Source: Octopus vulgaris (Eukaryota). Taken from it: a stretch of 64,000 bases of DNA. Location: positions 47,740,001 through 47,804,000 of the forward strand of contig OX597822.1 of assembly GCA_951406725.2 (NCBI GenBank), read 5' to 3'. The notes beneath the pieces are model-generated. The model made no database searches and was not told the origin of the DNA. It saw only the letters and a program-made list of their open reading frames with translations. Positions 23,988 through 36,325 of the stretch are shown in pieces; position 1 is the first letter of the stretch; each line of letters opens with the position of its first letter. The translations under genes and the position numbers were made by a program.

Positions 23988-25719
23988 TTAATATTTATTA
24001 ATATTTCACTTGGGCATTGCAATACTAATAACCTTGTGTAAGAACTCAATATACGTAGTGTGGTGAACGAAGCGTCAGTCGAGTTCATGAGATATCCGTT
24101 TATTCCTTTGTCACCTCTCTTATATATTATATCTGATGGTGGTGGAGTTGGTAAGTAAAATGTTAGTTTTTCACTGAACAGTTTTACAAAAGAAATTCAA
24201 ACGGTAGAAAAATTGTTCTATCGTGTTGTCAGGCATGCTATACCTTAAATAGCTGACGCTCGGTATTTTGAAGATTGCGCGCGCAGATTATACACGCGCG
24301 CGCCGCGCGCGCACAAACGTAATCTTCGAATGTTAAGTTTTTGATACTAAACCCACACGTGTATGCAGACAGCTAAATTTACTCTATGCAATCTTTAAGA
24401 AAGAAATGTTTACTCTCAAGTCAGCCTTGATTAAACAGACCTACGATCGAAAGATATTCCATCCATGACCATCCTGTTTTTTTTTTTTTGTTTTGTTTTA
24501 CATTGTAAAATGAACATTTTATTCAATGTAGCTTTCCTTTATCCGGCCTTCATACTAATCGAGCGATCACGTAGAGGCTTTCTCCGTGAGCCTTATCTGT
24601 GATAAATATGAATGATAAGGAAAGATAAATTATAAATACGTATTCAAAAGCAATTATTTTTGTAATGTTTCCGTTAAAAAAATCCATACAGTATATTGTC
24701 TACAGTGGCTACTGCCATGAATTGAACTGACACTGTAGCGGTGACTAATGTTGTATTGTACGTAAATATATCTTTACCACACACAATGTGTGTGTGTGTG
24801 TGTGTGTGTGTGTGTCTATCTGTCTATATTCCACAACGCTTGGTAACCAGTGTTTGTTTTTTTTATGGCCCCGTAAACTAGCGGTTCGGCAAAAGAGACC
24901 GATAGAATAAATACAAGATTTGGTGGGGGAATGTACCGGCGTCAATTTGGTCGACTAAAGGTCGTAAGCCAATGACGAAAACAGTGAAAAATAAGATATA
25001 CATACATACATAATATGTATGCACACATTTTATGTTTCTTCACCCGTGATTTATGAATGACAAATTTCAGTGTCTCCTCCGACGTTTTATCGCTTACGCA
25101 CTTCCCCACAAAAGGCATGATCGTCACTACGTCATCAGCGTCGCCCTCCCTCAGACTTCACTCTAAACCCGTGATTTCGTAGCAGGTGTAAAACAACCGG
25201 AAGCACAAAAGTCAATGTACACCAACTACTTCGGTATTACCTATTGGAAAAAAGCATGAACGTCACAACAACATCATCGTAGAATTTCATTTAAAAATCT
25301 GTAAAAAATATGCTGTATACAGACGATTTCGTTGGGAAAAACTTGGACGCCATCACATCCACTTTGCCCTCTATGTTTCCGTATAGATATCACATTTCTC
25401 TCTGTCGCTTCTTTTTCTTTTTGTTTTGGTAGAGAAGAGGTGTGGCCACCTCTTTCCAACCTATGTCTCCGTCCTCTGTGTCTTGTGTCCGTTGAGCACA
25501 AATATCTTCTAATCCATTCGTTGCTTAATAGTGTTTTAATGTCTTTGTTGAAATCAATGCTTCTGCCCCCCCCCCCCTTTTTTATCTATGGACCCTTTTG
25601 ATTCCTGTTTTGCTCTGCTGTACTCTCATAGTTATTCGATGTTTTAGAGAAACCTTATTGTAATTAAATATTATCAGAAATTGTATTTCAAAAATTGTTA
25701 AAATTTTTTGTATTTTATA

Positions 25720-25809
25720 CAAGTATAAACAATTTATTGGAGATAAATTTTAATAACAAAATCTTGTATGGCTCCCCGAGGGCTATGTGGACCCGGTTGA
25801 GAACCACTG
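25720..25809 (-). mobile_element. hAT (Charlie-like) MITE end fragment
   Basis: GGTTGAGAACCACTG terminus. Its reverse complement matches the start of the copy at 36086 (AAGATTTTGTTATTAA). Confidence 0.6.
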
Positions 25810-26781
25810 GCTGAAATAGACAGCTGACCACTATCGTTTGCAGTATTTTTACATTCTGGCTTGATGCGGTGTGGGTAAGCGCGCAGCAAAATAGTAGTTC
25901 TGTTTTCACTCCATGGGGCCCTGATTATGATTAATGAGCAGTATGGTATAAGAATGTGGTGAGACTGAACTCAAATACTCTGTGTTCGGTGAAGCAATGG
26001 TGGTGTTGGTGGTGGTGGTGGTGGTGCTGCTGCTCCTGATAATTGTTTCTGGCGTAAAATAAAAAGCGGGAGAAAGGAACAATCATAACGAATCCAGCAC
26101 TTGACTGATGCTTTATTTTCTTGAAGGAAGGATGAAAGCCAAAATTTTCTTTAGCGGGATTTGAGCTTAGGACGGAGAGAGCTAGAACAAATACCATAAA
26201 ACATTTTGGCTAACACTCTAACAAGTCTGCCAATCCACCACCCCAGTGATGGTAGTGATGATGATGATGGTTCTTCTTTTTTTGTCAGAGAAATATGATC
26301 AATTAGGGTAATTCTACGTACTATGTTAGTAATTAATCCATTAATCCCACAAACATGGAAGATTAAACCTACAATAATATCAGTAAGTAGAAATTTTAAC
26401 ATTGACCAGTCCATCCGGCTCCCACACTGATGATAACAGTAGGGTTAAAGCTGGAGATAGGAGTCAAAATCTTATATCATTTATCCGAGGGAATGCTATA
26501 TCTGGAGCGTCTAATATTAGGGAGACTAATCAAGTTCTAAAATCCGCCAATTATAACGGGTGACAAGACTATGGGGACAGAAACTTTCTGAGAGTAGTTT
26601 AAGATAGCAGGGTGGGTGGGGGGTCTATTGCTTTAGATAATTCCCAGACTTAACTGATAGTCAATTTTATCAACTCATAAAAGGTAGAATCGATCCCCTC
26701 CACACTGGATTTGAACTCAGTGTGTAAAAAAGATATGTAACTAAATAACTGGCGTACGTGCACCTTCGACCACCGTCTTAC

Positions 26782-26890
26782 CTCAAGCAGCTTGGCCGTC
26801 GCCTCGTTTGATACAAGACAGAAGCAGCAGCTTCTTGGTTTCATTCAGCGAATTTCTGTTGCAATAGTTCGTTGTAATGGTTTTATATTG
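26782..26890 (+). mobile_element. CRE-clade non-LTR retrotransposon C-terminal fragment (frameshifted)
   Basis: LKQLGRRLV*...AAASWF / IQRISVAIVRCNG resembles the 'LGRRL...FL.QR.S.A.QRGNA' end of CRE-type RLE domains. Confidence 0.6.
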
Positions 26891-27919
26891 ATGGTACATA
26901 CACCAGGTTTTTCAGAAAGGCTCAAAAGATCACATAATGTGAACGCAAGACCAAAGGTGAGATTTACGGACGTATTTCGCTCATCTCTAGTATTGGTGCT
27001 CAATGCAGGGTGGACGTTACTGGCCTGTGCTATCGACCTGACTTTAATTTTCATTTCTCCCTAAATAACGCTACTGATTCTGCAGTTTATTGATAATGAC
27101 CAAAAAAGAAAAACAAACATACATATACAAACAAGGAGTCCAACTCCTGGCGGTGACTTGGGGATGCTATAGTGTCATGGGTATTTTATCCTGGTGGAGC
27201 CCATCTACTTCCAGATCTGTACAAGGCAGAGTTGACTTCGACTAGATTTGATCTCGTGATACAGAGAGCCGAAACGAATATATCGTTTGCGGTATTCGAA
27301 TACCGCAAAGAATTCTATCTGATGCTCTCTAACAGTTCTGTCAACTTCCCTTGCAGAATCGATTAAATCACCTCCAGTCTGTATGTTTGTGGGTGCTGAA
27401 ATTTTCAGTCGTTTTATATTTTTTCTCTTTACGTTCGTATTATGTCTGTATACATGTACTACATCCGCACCCATGCGCACATACACACACACACACGGAA
27501 TTGCAGTTGTATGTTTGTGTTTCCGGCCGGGCATGTACAGTCGGTTTCCTTGTCAGCCACCCCTGATTAAAACAACGCACAAAATGCTGGGAAACATAGC
27601 AAACACAGTGTTTCGTCGAGCAGACGACTTATCGTCAGATGCCTATCCCACTAGCAATTAGCATATACCAAGAGTATATTATTAAGGGAATTAAATATTC
27701 GGTATCCTGGTTATCTTTATAATAATCACTACTACATTCTATTATACAACTTTGTGTTTATCATAATATCGAGCGCATGCCATTACCATTATTTTTTAAT
27801 TCTATCGCACAATTTTGTTTTACTTTTTTAAATCATAATTCTGAATATTTGACTAAACGTAGCCTTCACCGTAACATATATTGTAAATATTATATTAGGT
27901 AATAATGAAGTATGGAAAG

Positions 27920-28325
27920 ACCCCCCTCCCCATTTTTTGTCATTCCCCCACCCCCCGAAAGAAAGCCGTTTTCGGATACGGAGGTTCCGGAAAATTGCCA
28001 AAAATCGGCATTGTGAAAATTTCTTCCCTGCCCCTCACCAAATTCTTCAATTTTGATTTTTTTCTCAAACACTAATCCTAAAACCCTAACCCTTAACCCT
28101 ACCCATAACTACAGAAATGTTTTGAAATTTTTGTCCGAATCATGTCCGTATTTTTCCGCATATTTAAAAAAAAAAAATAAAACGGAGATGGGGTGGGGTG
28201 GTAATTTAAAAATGCCGATTCTTGCCAATTTTTTTGCTGATTCGTATTCCCCGTAGCGGAAGGGGGTGGGGTGGGGGGTCGAAAAAAGTTTTTTTTGTGT
28301 GTTTTTTTTTGGGGGGGGGGGGGTG
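27920..28325. mobile_element. MITE-like element with 24-bp internal inverted repeats and telomere-like core
   Basis: GGAAAATTGCCAAAAATCGGCATT (27989-28012) versus AATGCCGATTCTTGCCAATTTTTT (28211-28234). C-rich left and G-rich right flanks; central CCCTAACCCTTAACCCTA. Confidence 0.55.
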
Positions 28326-28579
28326 ACGAGTGAAAGTCTTGTCCGAAGTGTGCGTGTGCGCCATTTGTTTTGAATTATGTATATGTTGTATTTATGGTAG
28401 CTTGTTTTCATAATCCCCCGACATCGGTGGAGCTTGAACTTAGACCAGCGAAGCATTGAACTGGATATAGTCTAGCATCGACTCAGTCACACACACACAC
28501 ACACACACGAGTGGGTGGACAAACGAAAGAGAGTATCACTCAGTACATTCGATGGGAGTTATATTACTTAATAATACCT

Positions 28580-28980
28580 TGAAACGGCTCTATGAAACTT
28601 AAAGTTTCCTCGGCTCCTCGAACGAACCTAACTCTTCAGACTGGTAGAACCGATTGTACTAACCTGATGATTTGGCTTTATTAAATAATATATGATACAA
28701 TTAAGAAGACGAAGTATGGATTTAGCAAATTTTTTATTAATTACCATTGTTTCGGTAACTCTCCGTTTCTAATGCATTGCCCTTAAAAAGTTCCACGTGA
28801 AAAGTTCCGCAATATTTGTGGAAGTCATTCTTCGTTTTCTTGCATTGTATGTTACTCTTCATAAGACACACACTGCTTTTACCAGTAATGTACCTGAAGT
28901 TTCTGCATCAATAGACTTTCTATTTTCCTCAAGGTTTCAATTCGTTATTGTAAATAGCCAAGAGTTGGCTTGAATGCTGC
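28580..28980 (-). mobile_element. Decayed Penelope-like element 3' end (GIY-YIG tail plus two hammerhead-like motifs)
   Basis: Minus-strand LRKIESLLMQKLQ (28932-28894) resembles the GIY-YIG C-terminal 'ESLLI.KL.P'. Followed by ATGAAGA-GTAAC...GTTAC-C-GAAA-CAATGG-TA and CTGAAGA...GAAA-CTTTAAG-TT. Confidence 0.45.
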
Positions 28981-29368
28981 ATTAGATATACGTCAGTTTT
29001 CTACTTTATCACGACCTACAAGTACATCTCATACATATATATCGAATTATGCAATCGAAGCTGCTTTAGAGTAACATTTTTTTTATCTATATAACTTTCT
29101 TAACGTGTATGTATCGTTGACATGCAGAAGCTGCAGTTTTCGCCCTACCGGGAAAAAAAAACCCTTATAGATGTTTTCCCTTAAAAGAAAAGAAACAAGT
29201 CTGAGCTAGGCGAAACGAAATTGCATCTGTCTCTTTCGTGATCACTTCCGAAGTGATTTCGTTTCGCATAACTGTTATATATTGTGTGTGTTTTTTAAAC
29301 ATGATCTGTCTATAATGAGATTTTTCCCGGACGATAAATGTCGCTTTTGACTTTTCAAGTTTACACAT

Positions 29369-29422
<54 letters not shown>

Positions 29423-29607
29423 GGGAGAGTTCACAAAAAAACAAAAGACGAAGACAGGTGGTGTAGAAAACTAACTGATGTATAAGTATAACGCTCAGGA
29501 ATAGAAAAAAATCTTTTACGTTTCGAGCCTACGCTCTACTACAGAAAGGGACAAAAAAACAAGGAGAGAAAAAAATGTGTATAGTGGCTACCGATTTATC
29601 ATGGCGA
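29423..29607 (-). mobile_element. ~190-bp hammerhead-bearing non-autonomous Penelope-like element in (TA)n
   Basis: End-to-end homologous to 43051-43248 (TCGCCATGAT...ACTCTCCC). Hammerhead motif at 29513-29548; (TA)n on both flanks. Confidence 0.8.
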
Positions 29608-30730
29608 CTGATTATATATATATATATATATATAAGGCTATCCTTCGGTATTGGCCTACGACGTCATCCACCCTGTTTTTTTCTTTTCAGCCTAGCCTCT
29701 TTATCATGTCATGAGGGAAAGATGTATGGGTGAATGACGTTGTGTACAAAAAGCGATGGATTGCTTTCCACCACGCACACACACACACCCATGTATGTAT
29801 GTATGCATGCATGCATGCATGCACATAGAGCGCTGGCCTCGTTCAGTTTATATTGCATCATCTTCTCAGCTATTTCACATTTCTGACACGGATCAGAGAT
29901 GAATCTCTGCCTGAAGAAGCCACTAATCTCACCTATGCAACATTCTCAGACAATGTACTACACGTTTATCCCCACAACAAGACCTTGTGAACTGACGTGT
30001 GTAGAATTAGTTGTACTGGCTAAATTACACTTTGAAATTCCTGTCCTAAACGTGAACACAATGTGTTTCAACTGATTTGCGGGGTTTTATCGAGTTATTC
30101 GGTTTTCTTCAGACATTGCCGCGGCTGTTACTGAACGTCTCAAATACGTTGGGCGAGCTATGGAGTATGTAGCAACGGAATGCAATAAAATCGCTGTAAC
30201 ATAGCAACACAATATACTTCGTGTATGTATGTCTATGAGGGTTAATAAAACAAAATATATATTGCTCTACTGAGGACAATTTGTAAAGAAATAACCACTT
30301 ACACACATGGGCAGATGGCAACACACACACACACACGTATGTATGCATGCATATACATTTCCGACAGACATTGATGGTAGTAATACTTAACAGCACAAAA
30401 TACAATTACTGACTACATATGTAGATGTAATAGTAGGCTTAGTATTACATTTAAATACTGACTACAAATATAAGTAGTAGCAGCAGCAGCAGTAGTAGTA
30501 GTAGTAATAGTAGTAGTAGTAGTAACAACAACAACAAAAACCACATATCTGTTGATATGTTAGCAGTACAATACATTTCAGTAATGGTCGCTTGTATCGT
30601 TATAATTGTAGTACAAACTATATTTAAATGCTTCTCGCATGTGTGTGTGTATACATACATACATACATGCATGCATACATACATACATACATACATACAT
30701 GCATTACATACATGCATTACATACATGCAT

Positions 30731-30812
<82 letters not shown>

Positions 30813-30817
30813 CAGTC

Positions 30818-31102
30818 GCAGGCATGTCTATTTGGTTAAGAAGCCTGCATTGCAGCCACTTGGATTCGGGTTCAGTTCTACTGCTCGGCTTCCTTCGGCA
30901 AATTTCTTCTATTCCTGACCAACCAATGCTTTGTAAGTGAATTTGGTAGGCTGAAACTGTAGAAGCCTCTCAGAAATCTGTGCGCGCGCGCGTATTTAGT
31001 GTTTGTCCCACCCTAAAATAATACCAGGTCTTAAAAAAACGTACTGGGGTCGATTTGTTCGACTTAAAGCTCCAAGTGCAAATGAGTGAAACAAGTAAAA
31101 GA
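30818..31102 (+). mobile_element. Family A SINE, diverged and internally deleted
   Basis: Head, GTGAATTTGGTAG..GAAACTG motif and GAAACAAGTAAAAGA tail. Confidence 0.7.
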
Positions 31103-31258
31103 TATGGTACAAAAAACAGTCAATTCACTATATCTGTTGATATAATCGTTAGTAGTCCAACATACAGTGTGAAATAGTACAGACCACATATGCAGAGAAT
31201 GATTGGTGGTGCAAAATTGAAGTAATTCATGAAGCTTTTTAATATGTTGGGACTATAA

Positions 31259-31885
31259 GGCGGCGAGCTGGCAGAAACGTTAGCACGCCGGGCGAAATGC
31301 GTGGCCGTATTTCGTCTGCCGTTACGTTCTGAGTTCAAATTCCGCCGAGGTCGACTTTGCCTTTCATCCTTTCGGGGTCGATAAATTAAGTACCAGTTAC
31401 GCATTGGGGTCGATGTAATCGACTTAATCCGTTTGTCTGTCCTTGTTTGTCCTCTCTGTGTTTAGCCCCTTGTGAGTAGTAAAGAAATAGGTATTTCGTC
31501 TGTTGTTACGTTCTGAGTTCAAATTCTGCCGAGGCCGACTTTGCCTTTCATCCTTTCGGGTCGATTAAATAAATACCAGTTGCGTACTGGGTCGATCTAA
31601 TCAACTGGTCCCTTCCCACCAAAATTTCGGGCCTTGTACATTGAGTAGAAAAGAATATATTGGGACTATACGGCGGCGAGCTGGCAGAGTCGTTAGCACG
31701 CCGGGCAAAAAACCGAGCAGCATTTCGTCCGTCTTTACATTCTGGGTTCAAGTTCCGCCGAGGTCGACTTTGCTTTTCATCTTTCCAAGGTCAGTAAAAT
31801 AAGTACCAGTTGAGCACTGGGGTCGATGTAATCGACTTAACCCCTCTCCAGAACTTGCTGGCCTTGTACCAAAATTTGAAAGCAA
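31259..31885 (+). mobile_element. Cluster of three head-to-tail family B (Meta-domain) SINEs; first copy is young and full length
   Basis: GGCGGCGAGCTGGCAGAAACGTTAG A box, GAGTTCAAATTCC B box and GCCTTTCATCCTTTCGGGGTCGATAAATTAAGTACCAG domain. Copies start at 31259, about 31490 (5'-truncated) and 31671. Confidence 0.9.
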
Positions 31886-32439
31886 TATATTGGTCCAATA
31901 GTTTGTCTGGACATGTTATGAAAAAGGGGTGGGGGTTGTATTTAGGCATGATATCTATATGCTGGGTCTCGGTTATTTCCAAACTGTTGAGGTTTGTATT
32001 GCTGCTTGTGTAATTAGGTTTTTCCGTTTCATATATCAAAGGGCCTGAGGCGTTTCTCTCCGATTTCCATAGTGATGAGTGGGAGAGAGATAAATATGTC
32101 CCTGCGACAAGGGTGACTTCTGTACGAAAATAGCATTGAAAACTAGCGAAACATTCGTCGTTTTCACAATGCTGCGACAAAATAGTATTATTTCATGTTC
32201 TTTCCGAAGTTTGTAAATTCTTATGACCTCAACTAAACACACACACACACACACCGTTATGCGCGCGCGCTATATCATCTGAAAGATTTGCACATGGTGG
32301 AAATCGTTGAGTGATGACTGAGTGAATAAGTAAATGTACTGAGTACATTTGCCCTCATTTGTAATCATCTCTCTCTCTCTCCCTCTCTCTCTCTCCCTCT
32401 GTGTGTGTGTGTGTGTTTGATCGTGATCTCGTCTCGAAA

Positions 32440-32539
32440 TACAAAGCCACAAGCCTTGAACGCGCGCGCGCACACACGCACTCAGTCAAACGCAGTGCAA
32501 GGCGTAAAATTTTGATTCCGTTGTCGAAACCATTTTTGA
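32440..32539 (+). promoter_or_regulatory. Candidate alternative TSS and 5' UTR
   Basis: Initiator consensus TCAGTC at 32482-32487, after (CT)n/(GT)n and (CG)n tracts, about 56 nt upstream of ATG 32540. Confidence 0.5.
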
Positions 32540-32680
32540 ATGTGGTTTTCACCTTATTTACGTGTCGCCTGTCTGTCTCTTGGACATCAAACCCGGCAGC
32601 TGTTTTATAAGAACTATTATGTACTCCTGTCGTCCTGTCTTGGACAGCTGCATGCCGTCCGGACACTGGACAAATATCAG
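32540..32680 (+). CDS. Candidate alternative first coding exon (MWFSPYLRVACLSLGHQTRQLFYKNYYVLLSSCLGQLHAVRTLDKYQ), same gene as 23349 (possible RalGDS/RGL family)
   Basis: 47 open codons of unique sequence from the first ATG after the Inr to a near-consensus donor CAG|GTAAGG, phase 0 like exon 23349-23411. The 'CL..HQTR.L..K' stretch recalls arthropod Rgl N-termini (from memory). Confidence 0.6.
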
Positions 32681-33404
32681 GTAAGGACGGACACTCACAC
32701 ACACACACACACACACATCTTTGTTTCCTCCTCTCTCTCTGATTGTATCACTTTGAGACACAGCAAAATGGTTGTGATGCTGGTGGTGGTGCTGTTGGTG
32801 ATATTGCCGCTGATGGCATTTGTAGTTGAGGTAGCGGTGGTGGTGCTGCTACTGCTGTTTCTGCCGCTGCTGATAGTGATGGTGGTAGTGGCTTTCGTGA
32901 TAGTAGTAGTAGTAGTGGTGGTGGTGGTGGTGTTGAAGATGGTGGCGACTACAAATTAGAATGCTTTGTGAAGGTTAGGTTCAGTTTAGGGAGCTGTGTT
33001 GCCGGAGAAGGGGCTACTTCTCATTATTTATTTAGCTTATATCATTCCTAAACCATCCTACACGTCCAAACCTTTTTTTTTTTTGTTAAAAATTTTTTTT
33101 TTTCATTGTCAACACTGTTAGTGCATCCTGGACAACGTTATGATCAGTGTATGGTACTACTTCAATACATAGGTCTCTAAAAACTAACGCTAACACTGAA
33201 ATTAACCCTAACTCTACGGGACCTCTGTATTTAAGTAGTGCCCAGTATGTTGCTGGTACATTCGGTCTTTCCTTTTTGTCCTGACACAGGATAAAAAGTT
33301 ATTAAAGATCGAACGTGTGACAGTCTTCCTCGTCGCTGTGAGGAAGCTTTGGACTCGTCGATCGTTTGGCCTGCAAGAAATATACAAATCATGCCCATCT
33401 ACCT

Positions 33405-33450
<46 letters not shown>

Positions 33451-34879
33451 CAACAACACATTGGTCAGTGTACAAAATGCGGGGAATGTAACCCTTGAAC
33501 CCTTTTTGTTTAGACATATTCGAGCGGGGGCAGATATGAGGTTTAAGAAAATAACAGCAACAACAACGGCAAAATCTTATTCCCAGTTGGATTTGAACTC
33601 GGGGGAAAAAGGAGAGTAACGCTGCTGTCGTTATTATTGGTAACAAAGTCTTCACGTTCTGAGTTCAAACTCCGCCGAAGTCGACTTTGCCTTTCGGGGT
33701 CGGTAAGTTATGTACCAGTTACGCACTGGGGTCGATGTAATCGATTTAATCCCTTCTCCTCAAATGTCAGTCCATTTGTGCCTATAGTAGACAGAATTAT
33801 TAGTAACAATGTCGTATTTTAAACCTGGTTACTTATTTAGGCGGTGATGGCGGACTAATGCGCGCACACACACTCGCATATATACGTCTATACGACGGGC
33901 TTTCACACAGCTTCCATTTACTAAATTTACACAACAAACCATAATAGAAGAGAGTGCCGCACGTTAGGACCGAACCGGAAACCACGTGGTTGCTAAGCGA
34001 GTTTCTTACCAGCGCCTATCAACAGTTATTACACTCCTCTTTAAGGCGGTAATTGTGTGACCTGCAAGTCATTGGCCTCTTTTCAGCTAACATTACAGCA
34101 TATTTATTGATTAGCTCCTAGACATGTCACACAGTCCCACCAATGTGTGTACATACTCTGATGTCACGTGAACTAGCCGCCTCCATCCTCGCTGCTTATG
34201 TGTTTAATTAGGCCTTGTGCCTCATAAGTAACGTCGGGAGAGACCTGGAGACTAGCAAAGAAACGGGCAGAAGACATTGTGAAATCATTGTTGTGCCTTT
34301 CGAAGAACGGGCCGCATTTTTCGTTAGGCGTGCCATTCGGAAAGTCGTGCGGGCCGCAGTTTGCCCATGAGTGGTTTACACTTTAGTCTATGTCCAAAAA
34401 GGCGACTAAAAGAGGCTGAGGTCGGGTTTCCACTCCAACCTTTTAAAACCCTCATCAGTAACGACTACCCAAACAGACCCGTGGTTTGGAGGGCAGTGCA
34501 AAGATGTCATCCGCCAGCAGTAGGGAATCACCAACAAATGGTGGATGCAGCGGCGTGCTGTTACAGCGCATGTCTCCATACTATAACTGCTCCTTTGATG
34601 TCTGGTTCTTGTAAAGCGTAAGGAGAGAGGTGTAGAAGAGATGACGCATCACTGACGTCTTCCAATGCTCCCATCTGATGGATGAGGGATGGATACACTA
34701 CATACAACAATGCAAAACATGACTGCAGACAGTTCAAGTTTTCTTTTTTTCTGTGTTGGTTACCTACAAAATATGCCCCTATATATGTCTGTAGATGTGT
34801 GCATCCTTTGCTGGGTTCACTTCTCGTAGCAGCAATGTTTTTCTATATTTTTCCATACCATTTGCGTCTAGTTTGTATA

Positions 34880-35095
34880 ACGGTTTCAAATTTTAGCACA
34901 AGATCGACAATTTTAGGGGAGCGGGATAATCGATTAGATCAACCTTAATGCTTAACTGGAACTTATTTTACCGACCCGAAAGGATGAGAGGCAAAGTCGA
35001 TCTCGGCGGAATTCATAACTCAGAACGTAAAGAACCGGAAAAAATGCCACTGAGCATTTTGTTCGATGCGCTAACGATTCTGCCGGCTCATCGCA
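34880..35095 (-). mobile_element. Family B SINE
   Basis: ACTGGAACTTATTTTACCGACCCGAAAGGATGAGAGGCAAAGTCGATCTCGGCGG...TTCTGCCGGCTC. Confidence 0.85.
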
Positions 35096-35175
35096 TTGTC
35101 TGGTTTATATTATTAGTCAGTCGAACGACTGGATGCGAGCCACAGCTGTCAATTTCAGATTATACAGTGTTTTTG

Positions 35176-35216
<41 letters not shown>

Positions 35217-35803
35217 TGTAACTGGAGACCATATTTGCACACTGTGGCATAAATTAATGAACAGTATAGGATGCAGTGTGATTCTTTGGACAAGTTGTAT
35301 TCTCTCCTGCCTTTTCTATGTTTGTACACATGCTGTTAATATTTGATTCCAGATCTGCAGACCTTTTGTCAAGGACACTCTAGTTATGCAATCCTGCTTT
35401 ATTTCCAGAATACATCTGCATGCTCCATTTTTAAGACAGTAAGTTATGGTTTATGGAGATTTTTAGCTGCTATGTTTAGTAAGAATGATGGACCACAGTA
35501 AAGTCATACGTAACTCTTAACTTTCTCGTGGCTTGCACCATTTCTACATTTCAAAATGATTTCTCATACCTCTCCTTTTATCTGAAGACAAAAAATAATA
35601 AAACCATTTAATACACTAGTTGTTGTAGCAATAATTACCTTTGAAATGTACGGCATTTTGGTGCTGTGAGCAATCCAGATATTATGCTGAGCATACAGCA
35701 ATTAGTGAGGTGTCTGATAAATTTATTCATCCCCCCCCTTTCTACTTTGTTTTGTATCATCATGTTTGAAAAGAGGGAAAATTTATTCAAATTTCAAAAG
35801 ATA

Positions 35804-36066
35804 TTGGGTTGGTGCATAATTATTGCGGCTTTTTTTTTTTCAACAAATTTTTTTTTATTCAAAAAAAAAAAAAAATAACAATATCTAACAAAAACATCTT
35901 TAAATGACGGTCTGACCGTCTACCAAGCAAATGGGAAGCAGTAATTTAAGTAGATGGTGAATATGCTCCGGAATAATCATTTAAAGATGTTTTTGTTACA
36001 TGTTGTTATTGTTTTTGTTGAATAAAATTTGTTGAAAAAAGCCGCAATAATTATGCACCAACCCAA
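35804..36066. mobile_element. Mariner (Hsmar1/MADE1-like, cecropia subfamily) MITE
   Basis: TA|TTGGGTTGGTGCATAATTATTGCGGCTTTT ... AAAAGCCGCAATAATTATGCACCAACCCAA|TA: perfect 30-bp termini, inverted similarity extending about 100 bp, TA TSD. Confidence 0.92.
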
Positions 36067-36085
36067 TATAAACAATAGTTGTAGT

Positions 36086-36325
36086 GCAATGATTCTCAAG
36101 GAGAATCCGTATGGCCTTTGGGGTTCCAGAGAAGATTTTGTTATTAATAAATCGGTTCTACTTCTACATCACACGAAATATTTTAACAGTTGTTTATATA
36201 ATTCCTTATCAATATTTAAGAATTAAAAAAAAGAGTGGTGTTTTTTTTAAACATGTAGTGGCTGTGAGGGTCTACCTGCGCAAAATGGGAATTAAAGGGG
36301 TCCGTAGGCAAAAGATGGTTGAAGA
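36086..36325 (+). mobile_element. hAT (Charlie-like) MITE, degenerate
   Basis: CAATGATTCTCAA start and GGGGTCCGTAGGCAAAAGATGGTTGA end; shares sequence with 25720-25809. Confidence 0.55.

Noticed and set aside
28070-28105. CCCTAA-like telomeric repeats (also near 4940 and 33180-33215)
   Set aside because: Only 2-4 degenerate units inside or near transposon remnants; not a telomere or fusion site.
29905-30030. CTGAAGAAGCCA...TGGC-TAAA hammerhead-like pattern
   Set aside because: G12 is missing and no stem I partner was found; too degenerate to call.
34200-34625. GC-richer unique block with an 86-aa ORF and a GTAAGG donor-like site
   Set aside because: No consistent acceptor, frame or recognisable protein motif; may be an unidentified repeat remnant.
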